Assembly (NCBI GenBank): GCA_903813345.2
Contig: CAIIXF020000001.1
Span: 32,674,001 to 32,738,000, forward strand
DNA from: Owenia fusiformis
Lineage: Eukaryota
Length of the DNA stretch: 64,000 bases
Direction: 5' to 3'
Below are positions 1 through 13,226 of the stretch, piece by piece (within the stretch, counting starts at the first letter, position 1; every line of letters begins with the position of its first letter). Position numbers and translations under genes: made by a program. The notes under the pieces are model-generated. The model ran no database searches and was not told the origin of the DNA. It was given only the letters and a program-made list of their open reading frames with translations.

Positions 1-282
1 TGGTATTTTAAAAACTGGTCTGAACGGTCATTATTCATGACTCCCACAATTTGACATCTTTAATCAGTAACTAAACAAAACAAATACTAATTAACTGTCT
101 GGAGCATGGCGATCTCTTTCCGGCACAAACAGGATATTTTGATTTCTTAAAATTTGTTGTATAAACAAGTATAATCTTTTTTCTTCATCGTCTGCAAATA
201 CATGAAATATGCATTTAAATTAAGCCAGGGTACCCCGATGAATGTACTGCATGCGTCGTGCATGTACTGTATGTACTGTCTT

Positions 283-500
283 GCCTGTAGCCAGCTTTTT
301 CCAATGGGGGGTAGCCATTGCCAAGTAGAGTAACTTTTGACAGTTTTGGCGAAAAAATCATGCAAAAAGTGATCAGAATGGTGAAAAATTGCATGGTTTG
401 AAAGGTTTTTAGGCCGGGGGGGGGGGGGGGGGGGGGGGCAACCGCTTCCAAAGTTTTTGCAAGTCGCTTCAAATTGACCATAAAAATTACAAGTTCTCAC
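283..500 (+). repeat. Short interspersed element of the (G/C)CCGTAGCCAG...poly-G family, partial copy
   Basis: Starts GCCTGTAGCCAG. Shares TCAGAATGGTGAAAA.TGCATG.TTT(T)GAAA...GGCCGGGGGG with the copy at 40069-40205. Confidence 0.6.
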
Positions 501-724
501 GATTAGATCAAACTTTTTTAACTTGCTTCAAATTGATTAGGGGAAATTTAAAATTATCAGTTCCAACTGGACATTGTACATGTACATGTACGATGCATAA
601 CACTCTCTGACCAGATAATGATTCAATTTCTCAATTTTCAAATTAAAAGTAGCAAAAGCTAGCGTCATATTGGTCCTCAGACGCTCTTCCCAGCAAAAAG
701 TTGTGAGTTATTTTGATACACAGC

Positions 725-956
725 GGGGGCGTAGCCAGCTTTCAGTCAGGTTGCCCGTGGGGCGATCGTGGCATGAGCAAGGCAAAAACAATTTTCTTCA
801 AGATTTGTTTTGAATTTTACAAGAATTGATGCAACTGCCTTCAAAAGCGAGCTAGGCGCTTTCAATATATAGCATTTTAAAGCTCTTTTCTTCTATCCAA
901 TGGTTCTATTTTTATTGGTTATCGGGGTCGCACCCATCCCCCTGACTACGCCTATG
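725..956 (+). mobile_element. Short non-autonomous element with GGCGTAGCCAG / CTGACTACGCC inverted ends
   Basis: Imperfect inverted termini. Internal sequence (GTGGCATGAGCAAGGCAAAA...AAGATTTGTTTT...AATGGTTCTATTTTT) recurs at 60837-61113. Confidence 0.7.
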
Positions 957-2250
957 CATAGTACTGAACACAATAAAGTGCAGGCCGGGTTGCATTTTAA
1001 ATGGATAATTGAGAATAATTACAATTACGCCCCGTAGCCTACATTAAAGGCGTAATATGATATCAATTTGAAATTAAAAAACAGTATAATGCCTCCAATT
1101 AGTTTAATTTTCTGAGGATACAATGGGGAAATGAAGTTAATTTCGTCAAAGCTTGATTGAACTATATCAGAAATCCCGAAACTTGATTACATTTGCTTTC
1201 AAAATGTTTGCTCTTTCCAAATATCATGGACGTTGATTGCAATTATGTTCGATGAAATATCAAACTGCTATCAAATGCAGGCTTATTATGGGTTAAAAGT
1301 TTGCAATGCCATGCAAGTTTCTTTGATTCCCATGATACTCCAAGATGACACTACATAGGTATAACCTATAATAATCATTACTCAAAGTACTATTAATCTG
1401 CCTGTGTGAACGTCGAACACCGACCGCCAAACATCGATCGTTCACAAAAAAAGTTGGAGACAAAATGTGTCTACTTGTGGTGGGGTGACATAGAAATAAG
1501 ACCCCCCCCCCTCCCAAACAGTTCCTAGATTATTAAGGTTTAATATACTTCAAGGTTCTTGCATTTGTTTATAATGAGGATAAAACCCTCGTTCCCTTAT
1601 TGAAGTTTCACGAGATCATGAAGCCTGAATAGTTGATTTCACTTTGTCAAAAGTCACGGATGATTGCTGTTGGATAGGAATGAAATAAATAAGAAAAAAC
1701 TAGCCTATTGAATGTCTGTGCGAATGGTATCAAACAATTTCGATTTCTCAAAAGTTGCTTTTCCTCTCACTTCCTTTAATCTATAATCACATATTAATAT
1801 TGGATCAATACAGACTCGATTTCCTCTGCCCGACAATACCATTGCAGTGTACATGTAATGACGGGAAACGGTCGCTGGAATAAGCAATCAGACGTCTCAA
1901 TTTGTTGAACGTTTGATTTTGTTGAATGTTACTAGAAAACAAGGCGTAATTCTGATTTTGATATTGTTGCAATGCACATAATGATAAAGCATAGTTCAGC
2001 ATTTCAAGTCATGACTATGAGGAATCTACATGCATAGTTCATTTGATAAAGGGGAAGGGGTGGAGTAGATAATTTCTGACTGCCAAGTACCTCTCAAGAA
2101 GCTCCATCATACTAAACCCTTCACCCACGCAAACACGCACTCAGTCCATGTTTGGTAGGGAAATACAAACGGATCAGGCCCCCCGGGGGGGGGGGGTAAA
2201 CTGCACCCCCTGAAGACAGGTTTCTGACGGGCCCGACCCCTGACCCCCCG

Positions 2251-2593
2251 GCAAAAGCAGGTTATGAATAATGTAGCCAGTCCATTTTAGTTTCTCAGAG
2301 ATATCTTTGAAGAATTCTCAACTTATCAAGACAGATAACAATATAAAATGTAAATGGCAAAATAATCTGATCTGATTTTGCTTGCAATTTGTCACCCATA
2401 TGAAAAGATGCCTTTAACAGTCTAATTTCACAGTTATCCAATAAAAATCCCCTTGGCAAAAGCAGGCCGCTGCTTATACTTTAGGCTTTAAAGTGTGTAG
2501 TCGGTCCATGATAGTGTCTGGGAGTTGTCTCTGAAGAATTCTCAACATATCAAGATAAGAGATGATAATATAAAATGTAGATGGCAAAATAAA
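2251..2593 (+). repeat. Diverged direct duplication of a ~115-135 bp unit
   Basis: GCAAAAGCAGG...TGAAGAATTCTCAAC.TATCAAGA...TAAAATGTA.ATGGCAAAATAA occurs at ~2251-2365 and ~2456-2593. Confidence 0.7.
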
Positions 2594-4300
2594 ACGGCAT
2601 GCACCCCTAAACATACATATGCTCATTAATTAATATGGTCACAAGCAACAGAAGGATAATCTTTAAATGGTCGCAACGCATAATCTATTTTAGCTGATAT
2701 CAAGTTATTTCTTACTCATGCGACAAAACGGAAAATGGTTTAGAAAATAAATCAATAAGATCAACGTTATATTATATATAATGTTGAAAACAAAACAAAT
2801 AGTAAAAAATCTTATTCTAATTTAATTCCTAAATCAAATCTCAACCCTCCAGACACCGGTGACATCTGACCGCATTTGAAAGACTTTATCTAATTTAAAC
2901 AATCAAATCAAATCAAAAGTAAAAACATGCAAACGGGTATAACTGCTTATTTGAGAATATCCGAGGAAACTACATCGCCGTTGAATACCCTGAAATGAAA
3001 TCTGCTTATGATAAGTTATTCTTTTTATACCATGGTCAGAGCAATATCTCAGTATATAATAGTAGGTGATAAATCACATATTTGGGATATGGATGATATT
3101 GGGATTAGAGGGATGATATGGATATCAACCCGGGTATTTATTCAAAAATTTTCATTTTTCCAAAAATATGCGTTCCCTCAGGAGATATTAATATCATGTG
3201 ATATTCTCCATATCAAATCCCTCCTGGTGAATAACTACATATACTTTCAACTAATTTAACAATGAAACGGAAACACAATGCATGCCAAACATTATCTATT
3301 GTTATATTATTGTTATTGCATAGTTTGCACTTGTCCAGCGACTGTGTTTCTCAAACCCAACATGGGATAAAGCTTTTTAGGGTTAACACGTCAGACTTAA
3401 CACGTCGCTTGAGGCAAGATGCATAAACTATATAATTCCACGGCTATAACTTGAAGAACGCCACTGTTGTGTCTGTGCCCCTGTAGGATGAACCTACAAA
3501 ACAGAATAATATATAATTACATTATGAAAAGGGGAAGTCCCAAACACATCAACCCAAACATCCCCATATCTGCAACAAAACAATGATAAACCAAAGTCAG
3601 TAAGTAGTAGTTGTACCATGAATGCATGTAAATGTAGCTTTGGGGAAAGATGATAAAACGCAAAATATAAATTAATCTGACAGGAAATTTAGGGAAGGCC
3701 TTGATTATAATTAAACGTAAAAGCAAAAGTTGACCATTCCATCTTGGTGGTTATCATGACAAATGAATGTTCATTCGAAGACGACCACTGAATCCAAATC
3801 CAGTTCACTAAAACTATGTATTATATACAAATAAACTAAATCACTATAACTATAATAAATTAATAACGCCAATTAATAAATAGATTACGTGTTTTATATT
3901 AGTTCATTGACATTAACTACCACGTTCGAACACAATACTCCTGATTTCAATATGATCATAAATATGTCCCACTCGTATAATAAATATATATCTGTCTCAA
4001 TCGTGATTTGCCCCCGTTGTCAGAAATTATATTTTATAAAGGCGTTATTTATTAATGATCAGTGAAAATATGTGTCGATCGACGGAACGTCGGGTCATAT
4101 ATAACAAACGAAAATTGTACGAAACATTTCAAATATGTGAAGTATTTTGAGCTGGCTTATATTTGTTAAAAGTCAATGTCTAAATACTGTGTTTGAAGAG
4201 TAGGATTATAAAGTATTTATACGTTTGACGTACAATCTAAATCTACAGATATCAGACTAAAAAATAATCTGTCCCCATTGTAATTTACCCTGTCTCAAGT

Positions 4301-4475
4301 TACTCTGCCGATCGGCGCAACATTCGATGAACCGACAGAATTCCCCGCTGCAACGATCGGTGCATCAATCGGTGCATCGAACGTGCCGATCGATGCACCG
4401 AAATGGGTGCACCGATCGATGCACCGAAGTTCTCCGCCGCGATGCATAATTATAAGATCTTCGGCAAGACCTGTA
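4301..4475. repeat. Palindrome-rich MITE-like stretch built from ATCGGTGCATCG / CGATGCACCGA motifs
   Basis: Several direct and inverted copies of the motif. Weak inverted ends TGCCGA...TCGGCA. Confidence 0.45.
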
Positions 4476-4567
4476 CTGTAGTAGGAGGCGCATTCAATAA
4501 TGGCCTAAGAAATGAAAAGAAGGAGGAATTATGGGCAGAAACATCAAACAGCATTCACATTGTTGTT
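4476..4567 (+). pseudogene. Possible fragment of a Myb/SANT-like DNA-binding domain (Harbinger-associated type), cut by the gap
   Basis: TVVGGAFNNGLRNEKKEELWAETSNSIHIV resembles the G.F...T...K...W.EI...VN pattern of this domain. Only ~30 aa visible. Confidence 0.35.
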
Positions 4568-5067
4568 NNNNNNNNNNNNNNNNNNNNNNNNNNNNNNNNN
4601 NNNNNNNNNNNNNNNNNNNNNNNNNNNNNNNNNNNNNNNNNNNNNNNNNNNNNNNNNNNNNNNNNNNNNNNNNNNNNNNNNNNNNNNNNNNNNNNNNNNN
4701 NNNNNNNNNNNNNNNNNNNNNNNNNNNNNNNNNNNNNNNNNNNNNNNNNNNNNNNNNNNNNNNNNNNNNNNNNNNNNNNNNNNNNNNNNNNNNNNNNNNN
4801 NNNNNNNNNNNNNNNNNNNNNNNNNNNNNNNNNNNNNNNNNNNNNNNNNNNNNNNNNNNNNNNNNNNNNNNNNNNNNNNNNNNNNNNNNNNNNNNNNNNN
4901 NNNNNNNNNNNNNNNNNNNNNNNNNNNNNNNNNNNNNNNNNNNNNNNNNNNNNNNNNNNNNNNNNNNNNNNNNNNNNNNNNNNNNNNNNNNNNNNNNNNN
5001 NNNNNNNNNNNNNNNNNNNNNNNNNNNNNNNNNNNNNNNNNNNNNNNNNNNNNNNNNNNNNNNNNNN
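4568..5067. other. Assembly gap (500 N)
   Basis: Run of N. Confidence 0.99.
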
Positions 5068-6926
5068 GCAAGTTTGTCAAAGTCATTTCCGCATGTGATA
5101 TTGGGTCAATTGGATTGACCACAAGACATGAGCTACACAAATGACACCTTGAACTGTGGAATGACTATGCCAACTTATATAAAATGTCATTTACCTTTAA
5201 TGAGATAACTCACCTCATAAAAGGTACAGTCCTGTGTATATATATAATTTACATCGAAAGTTTAAGGTATCTGCTGACTTTACAGTCCCAATGTAGAGTT
5301 TGAAAACATGTTTTTTTCATATATTTACTATTAATCATGACTTAAAAATGAATTAAAGAAATTTTTGAAAAGATGTTTTTGAAATGAAAGTTGTCAGCTT
5401 TTCATGTCTTAAATTCCAAGTTTCCCGCCATTTTTCAAATAAAGTTGAACTTTTTTAATCATCAAATATTTTACTATACAGTGCAAGAAAGTATTATCTT
5501 CTTACAGCAATATAAAGATTGAACAAATGACACACTATTTCAATAATAAAATGTCATATCTGATGTGCCAATCCAATGTTTTAGCATATCGAATATATTT
5601 TGCAACCCTAGTGACCTCATCGTGACATCATTTAGGCGGCAACATTTCTCCATGTCTATCTTTTTCTATGCTAAACTAAAAAATAAACCAATGTTGACTG
5701 TCTAACCAGGTTAATATTATAAAGGATAGTCTATAGAAGACTTTTAATTTCCCCAAAACTTTGACATTATTTGACTTCTGACAAACGGCGATATCGAAAA
5801 CAAACGGCGATTTAGGGCGCTCGCCCCCTGCTATTGAAAGCCCAGAATTAGAAAAATAGGCAATTTTTGTCATTTTTCTTGCTTATTTTATATTTGTAGC
5901 TTCAAGCAAAATATGATAACTTTAACAGCTCAAAAGAGTATTCTAACAACATTCCTAATAAGCTATGTGTGATATTGTAATAATCTATTATAGTGATGAA
6001 GTGCTATTTTCTAATTTTAATATGACTTTATAGTGCCCTACCCCTGGTAAATAGAAAAAAGTTGGTGTTGTTTCCTCTGGTTTTAACATTTTATTGACTT
6101 CTTAGTTGAAGAGACAATCAATTTTGTCAGTTTACCATGAGTAGCTTTACAATGGTTAACTATTCCCATGAATAGAGGGTTGGGACCTCAAAAATACCAG
6201 AACTGTTATGTGGCATCCTTGGGCAACCCTCTTCAGAGCATTTTCCTTACACTCCGATAAAATCTGCAGGGGATACTATAAGAAACCTATATATCTTAGA
6301 TACTAATGAAGATACTGACTTCAAATTTTCAGGATTTGGTCCTGGTATGATAGGTAATCTGACAAAAAGAAAAATTCTGTTGCCATAGTAACAAGAATAC
6401 CACACCATTTGTTTCCTAAGAAATGTGTTTTAAGAGGTTTTGTCATTCTCTTCATATTTCCAATTCTAAATATGTCTACAATGTGGGATGATTAAAATTA
6501 TTGTAAAATAATCTTTTCTATTGTTCATGCAATGTTTCTAAAACGGAAGTTGCATTGCGACACATAGATCATAGAAAATCCTGGGATGATCGCTCTATTT
6601 GTCAGGAAATTAAAATGGAAACTGAAAAATGAGTTTCTTCCCACTGAATAGCAATTTGGTAGACCATGGCTGACACACACACGAGAAAACGTTTAACAGT
6701 TCTATGTCATTTTGTTGTTATTTTTTTATTTAGCGTGCACTGGGACTTATAACACCTAATGCCGAGTCTACTCCAACTGCAAAGGAAGGCAAGATTTTAA
6801 TAATGAACAATAAATTTCATACATCTCAACAAATATGGCCTAAGATTTGGACAATGATGAGGAAACTCTGAGGGAAATTTAGACGAAACATTAATGTGAG
6901 TGGTCCAAAAATAACACTTACATGTT

Positions 6927-8700
6927 TTGGAAAAGTTATGCTCTCGGGTGAATCAGTGCTCATTTAAGGATAGTCTGAGTCAGGTGAATTTTTTAACCTC
7001 CCCAAACCCCCAAATTTTGACAATTTTTGAAAAGTGGCAAACAACAAGTTCAATATGGCTACTTCGCTTCGATGGCATAAAGATATGGTACGATCTCAGG
7101 TCAATCAATAAATTTCACAAGTGACACTCTATCTTATGCAGAAGACATGTCAAAAATCTGGTGGAAATAACTTTGTCACTCCTGATTTGACTCTGGAAAG
7201 GTTCAGATAAGCTATCACAAACAATTTCAGACAGTTATATCTTTGATTATGACCATTTTTTGACCATGAAGACAGGTATACAGGGATAATAATTTCAATC
7301 AGACTTGGAGATATTTCGCTAGCAATCAACCCATCAATATATTTTTTCAAAGTTGTTGACCTCATTTTCACCAAAAATGTAATTATTTTTTACAATGTTT
7401 AATACATCTACTATTCTTTATTTTAATGTATCAAATAGCTCTTGAAAGGAAAACTGAATTCCCCTAAGGTTAGTGTTCCCCATGTTATTTCCCCATTGAA
7501 AAAATTCATGCTATCCATTGGTTTCAGTTCATTTTGGTAATCCAAATTCAGTATCTTTAAAGTCTCTGGAGCAATCCACTTTTCCTCATAGGAAATAGAA
7601 CATGTCTCAAAGCATATTCTAATTATGCATTCAACAATATAATTAAGGCTTGCTTTTTGGTTAAAATTAGGTCAACATTTTTAGTAAAAAGTATGTTGAT
7701 TGGTCCATTCCCTTTAATATCACCATGGGCTTTCTAGTTGAAATCGAATATGTCTCAAAGCACATTCTAATTATGCATTCAACAATATAATTAAAGGTTG
7801 CATTTTTGGTAAAATTAGGTCAACATTTTTAGTAAAAAGTATGTTGATTGGGCCATTCCTGTAATATCACTTAGGTCTGATTAATTCCATTATCATTATA
7901 TTTACTTTTCTTGAAGATAATGAATAGATATACCCATGTTCATGGTAAAAATAATATTCATAATTCAAGTTAGAATTGTCTGAAATTGTTTGGGATAACC
8001 TACATGCTCCTTTATGTAAATACTATCAAATGCTTTAGTCATGACAGTTGAAGTAAACTGAAGTCTTGGTATTTAAAGGCAGAATCAGATCTATATAGAG
8101 TAAACAAAATTGAAAGCAACATGTGAAGTTGACCTACCAATGTATTTCTTACAATCTCAAATATAATATCTCCAAAAAGATCCACAATATGTTATTAATT
8201 GGTAATGTTGTTTAAAATTCAAAGTGTAAAAATGTTCAAATTCTCCCAAATAATAATAATAAATAAGTTACACTAAGTTATACAAGTGTGAGGCACCATC
8301 TGTGTCTGGAGTTAGTGATGTTGGCACTGTTTGACAATGTTACCACCAATAATAAGAAGCAAGTATTGGCTACAATGCTTGTACATGGCTCCACTCATAC
8401 AGCTATCGAGCAAGAGGCAAACCTGGTCTGATATTATGCATATTGCAGCTAGGTTGACTACCTTGGAAACATCTGGCTGTGATGCATCATGGCTTAATGA
8501 GGACTCTGCTATATGGTCAGATGATGAGAACTAACAGTTTTACGGAACTTTTGCCATGTTTTGCACATTGTAAATGACCCTTCTGAACGGGTTGTTAAGG
8601 TATATACCAGGAGGTTACGTGGGACACTGTAGTACATTACTTATGCATGATGACCACCACAGTCTAGTTGCTCAAATGAGATCAATTGATGATTATAATG
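6927..8700 (+). pseudogene. Heavily decayed DDE transposase of the hAT-related CxxH/ER group (hATm-like)
   Basis: Collinear motif remnants in shifting frames: WLLRFDG (~7055), LCRRHVKNLV (7134-7163), SIYFFK (~7335), RHHLCLELVMLALFDNV (~8291-8341), WLNEDSAIWSDDEN, LHIVNDPSERVVK (8561-8599), DHHSLV. Confidence 0.6.
7598..7870 (+). repeat. Tandem duplication of a ~125-bp unit
   Basis: ATGTCTCAAAGCA.ATTCTAATTATGCATTCAACAATATAATTAA...AATATCAC at ~7598-7723 and ~7746-7870. Confidence 0.85.
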
Positions 8701-9850
8701 TTTAGACTTTATGTCAATGTCCAGACTGTATGCCAACCTCTCTAATATGTGATTACACTAGATTTCATGATGAAACATGTACTAAATTGAAAACTTACAT
8801 ATAAAATATCTTAAGTCCTATACTCTAGTAATAAATGAATTAGAATGTCACCTAAACTTGAATTATTGAAAGTGGAACCTGTCTATAAATTATGGACAGA
8901 TTTTTATTGAACGTCAAATTGACATTTATTTACGCCTTCTGAGCGACTTAAAGAGACTCTATTGAGACTTCTCTGTGGCATTTTTTCTTTATTCCTTTTT
9001 GTTTTGAATTTTTAACACCATAATATTAACTAACTACTCAATATGCAACTTTTCACCACGTAGAATTTTAAAATATCAAGTTTGAAAATTCCATTTTTAT
9101 AATGGAGCTCAATGGGAAAAACTACATAATTTGAATTATTTTCAAACGTAGCGGCGCGATTTTGATAAAATTGACAGATATAATAAATATTGGTAAGACA
9201 AAATGTTTGATGAAAAATGAAGAAAATTCACCGTCCTGGTTACGCAAACTATAGAAAAATCTGAAATAATCATTAAAACCTGTAAAAATAGATTGAAGGG
9301 GGTGATATTCATTTTTAATGTGCCTTTCACTACTACAGGGTAACCATAATTTTGGTACTGATTTGATTTTTCAATGACAATCATTTCTATAGTGTATAGT
9401 CAGTTTAAATAATACAATTGCTATATTTCTTTACTGAACAGTGCAATCATTTATTTATTTATCAACAGTAATGCAAACTACATATTATACAGTTAGTAAA
9501 ATATTAAAATAATTCTATTAAAACTAAAGCATTGAGATGATACTTAAATAATTACATATTATATTGATAGGCATATTATATTATAGGATTTAAGCGAATG
9601 ATGACTCAACTTGTAGATGATTAAATTTAACATATGTCCTGATTTAAGACTATGAATGAGGGTGGTAGTCCGAATTCAAAGCCTAAACTAGAAGACATAA
9701 GTGAATTGAAGCATCCACTATTCATTGAATCATGTGCTTTAATTCAATTTCACACGTTGCAAAATATTTTTTACAATTTCACTTAACAGAATGATATTTT
9801 TTCAAAGATATGTTGTACTTTTAGAATCATTTGCTTCAAAGAATTGAACT

Positions 9851-10343
9851 ATGGCGGCCTTTACTCGTTATTTTACGATTTTTGCTGTAACTCGAAAAGT
9901 AGTCGAGCGATTTTGTTCATATTTGGTATATGAATACTATAATCATGGCACACTGTCTAATGACTCTTCTGGTAGAAGGCGGCCATTTTAACGTATTTTA
10001 CTATAACACGAAAAGTAGTGGAGAGATTTTGTTCATATTTGGTATGTGAATACTATAAGCATGGCACACTGTCTAATGACACTTTTGGTAGAAGGCAGCC
10101 ATTTTGAAAAATGGCCGTCATTTTAACGTATTTTACTATAACTCGAAAAGTAGTAGAGCGATTTTGTTCATATTTGATGCGTGAACACTATAAGCGTGGC
10201 ACACTGTCTAATGACACTTTTGGTAGAAGGTGGCCATTTTGAAAAATGGCTGCCATTTTTGCTGTATACTTTGTTTGTAAAAAAATGCCAGCCATGGCTG
10301 TTCGATGGGATTTGCTACACTTTGGTGTTGCTGTTGTCTAGTT
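9851..10343 (+). mobile_element. Helentron/HINE-like non-autonomous element with internal tandem array
   Basis: Three ~116-135 bp units starting AACTCGAAAAGTAG (~9889, ~10005, ~10140). Short hairpin GCTACAC-TTTG-GTGTTGC, then TCTAGTT end, with an adjacent GGAT/GGAC microsatellite. Confidence 0.6.
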
Positions 10344-11428
10344 GAAGGATGGATGGACGGACAAATGGAGGGGTCTCTATAGCTTATCCCCTCATATTCG
10401 TTGGATTGAACAATTGTGAATATGGTTTGTTGGACAAATAAAACTGATTGAATGTCTAAAAGCAAATAATGAAGTGGTAATTTATTTAAAATCATTAAAA
10501 TCTCAAACATGCTTGCTTTGGTCTAGTCACTTAATTCTATATACCTTATTAGATGCAGTGAAGGAGTTAAATCATTGGGATATGAATAAATCATGCAAAA
10601 CATATTTTGTACATATTTTTCATCATTTAGGGTTACCCAGTAGTTTACAAGCTGACCTTTGCAAATTATATTTCACTTACTATCCTCATTCGCTATCACG
10701 CTATCTAGTTTCTTTCCAAATTGGCCTGGATTGTCTGGTTTATTGGTTTTAGCGAACCGTCCATTTCGTCGAACCATCATTTTGCTAAGGTTGTTTGTGA
10801 TGAATATACAATATTCAGTTACATATAACTGCACAGCAACTTTATGCAAGCAGGTAATTGTGTGAGAGCACATAAAGTACACGAAGTATTGACCCACTTG
10901 TCTCAGTGAATCTTATAAACAGTGCATAAAGTTTTTTCTCACAGTTACTTATAGTGTAAGTTATTTTATTTCTATACAGTGTGGAATAGAGTTTATAAAC
11001 TTTTACAGTTTCAAGCAGGTTTTAGTGTTTTCTGACCAATGATATGTTCAGACTTATTCATTTCACGATTATGTAATACTGACCTACATATCTGTATAGC
11101 ATATCTTTAAATATTAAATTTCTGTTCATAATGAGTAAATAATTTGAAGAGAATTACTCCCAGTCAGTTTTCAATCATGATAGGAACTGGATGTGAACAG
11201 GTGAAATTATCATAATCATTAGTTCACCAACATTATAACATGTCTCTCATGCATAAAAATATATAGATAGACAATCTATTTAAGCTAATCTTCAGTGTCA
11301 TTTGATGAATGACATTTGCTCTTATTCATTAAATCATTGACTGCAATACTCCAATAATTCAATGAACTAAACGATTACTTCCTATTTATTTCTGCAAGTC
11401 ATATCAGATCGTATCTTGAAAATATTAT

Positions 11429-12339
11429 GACGTGTCGCAAAAAGGTGGCGCATTTGTTTTTTAAGAGTATCGCGTGAATGTAACTTTGATTCCCCGGATT
11501 ATAAGATAATATTCTAATTAAAGTTATATATCATTTTAAAGCTGTTTCGATGAAGATTTTAGATCAACTACACTCCGTTCACATTTTTTGCGCGTTCGTT
11601 TTTAAAAAAGAGTTTTTTACCAAAACATCTGGCAAATATCCCATGTTGACACGTTACATTTTGAATTATTTTTCGTCTTTAAACGCTCATAACTCAAACA
11701 ATATATGACTATTATACTTATTTTTCGTCTTGATAAAGGTAGACGGAAGTTTTATTTCAAAGGATGAATTTTAGTAAGCGTCCCATATTGTGACGTCATA
11801 GAGTCTGAAAAATAGAATCTGTTGACAGCGACCTTTTTGCTCATTTTTTGGTACCTTCAACTTTTCAGGTGTACATTAAACAAAAAATACGAGATAAATT
11901 TTTAATAAATCATACATGATTATTTTGCTCCTAAACTCTAGTTTATTAATAAATAGTTGATTTTGTTCACAAAAGTATGTGTTTTCTGTTGTATGTGGAA
12001 AAGTGGAGGACGAAAGGTTTTCAAAATTCAGTAAAATAGGGCTAATTTACGCCATTCGCCTATTTTCAAGCACAGCAACACGTATATTTATTTCACCTAA
12101 AATATCAATTGATTCGTGTTTTATGATGCTCCTAGCCCATTAACAATATATATATATGATATCAGAGTTATTCGTCTAAAATGTTTTGAGATATAGAGGT
12201 AAATGTGGAGGACGAAAGGATTTTCATGTGTGTACATTTTTCTCAAAAACGTCACATTCTATCATGTTAAAAGCGAGGATCCTCTGGATTACGCCACAAA
12301 ATGTGTAACAATGCGTGCGCGAGCTTTTTGCGACACGTC
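11429..12339. mobile_element. MITE with 16-bp TIRs
   Basis: GACGTGTCGCAAAAAG (11429-11444) and CTTTTTGCGACACGTC (12324-12339). TAT on both flanks. No coding capacity. Confidence 0.85.
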
Positions 12340-12516
12340 TATACTAAACATCGGAATATAGAATTGATATCTTGGAGGAGCGTGACATATACATGTATAT
12401 ATATTCCAATGTATATGTCACATATTTCCCGCTGCGTATCTCCCGATCCAAATATTCCCGGGAAAATGTTTTTTATTCAGTGTAGGAACAGTCAATTTGT
12501 TAAAATATCTTGCAAA

Positions 12517-13226
12517 CCCTAATATCACACCAAACTAGTTCTCACTACGTTCTCGAAAACGGGCTTCAACTGTGTACGAACGGACTGGACGTACTTAGAA
12601 CCGTTTGGGGTCTATTTACAAACTTCATCGAACGTACTTGAAAGGGTAGGTCCTCTAGAACTTAGAACATGCTCAAAATGCTCTCGTGGTCGTCACGCTC
12701 TACAATTAGAACGAGTGACAACGTACTAACGACGAGCTGGACGTACTACGAACGGAACCGTCGTACTTCAATCCTACTAGGGACGTTTTTACAACGAGTT
12801 GAACTGTCTGAGGACGTATTGAGAACGAGGTAGAACTAATTGCAAACGGGTTTAAACTGATTAAGAACGTATTCAAGACTGCTTATGAACGAGTTAGCAA
12901 ACATATAGCTATCACACCAAACAAGTTGCCACTGCGTTCTTCAAAACTGGTTTTAAACTGTGTGCGAACGGAATGAACGTAGCTGCAACTTTCTAAGGAC
13001 TATTTACGAACTTCATGAACGTTGTCAGACTAAGGGACGCGTTATACGACGTTGCACACCGACGTGGTGCGACCTGAACTAACTGGGAATGAGATGGAAG
13101 TATTGAAGACTGTTTATGAACGAAGTAGCTAATTATTTTCCGACCACAGCCAGATTGAGCCCGTTTTACGACGTTTTTGTAGGACTGGCAAGAACGAGTA
13201 AGAACTAGTTTGGTGTGATAGGGGGG
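12517..13226. mobile_element. MITE, possibly Harbinger-type, with an internally duplicated 5' end
   Basis: TATCACACCAAACTAGTTCT (12523) versus AGAACTAGTTTGGTGTGATA (13201-13220). A second 5'-end copy CTATCACACCAAACAAGTT lies at ~12909. Confidence 0.75.

Noticed and set aside
147..500. Poly-proline ORFs (also 39968-40234)
   Set aside because: Derived from the poly-G tract of a short repeat family.
4403..5144. Long ORFs spanning N runs (also 55041-55559 and 58198-59346)
   Set aside because: Artefacts of translating through 500-N gaps.
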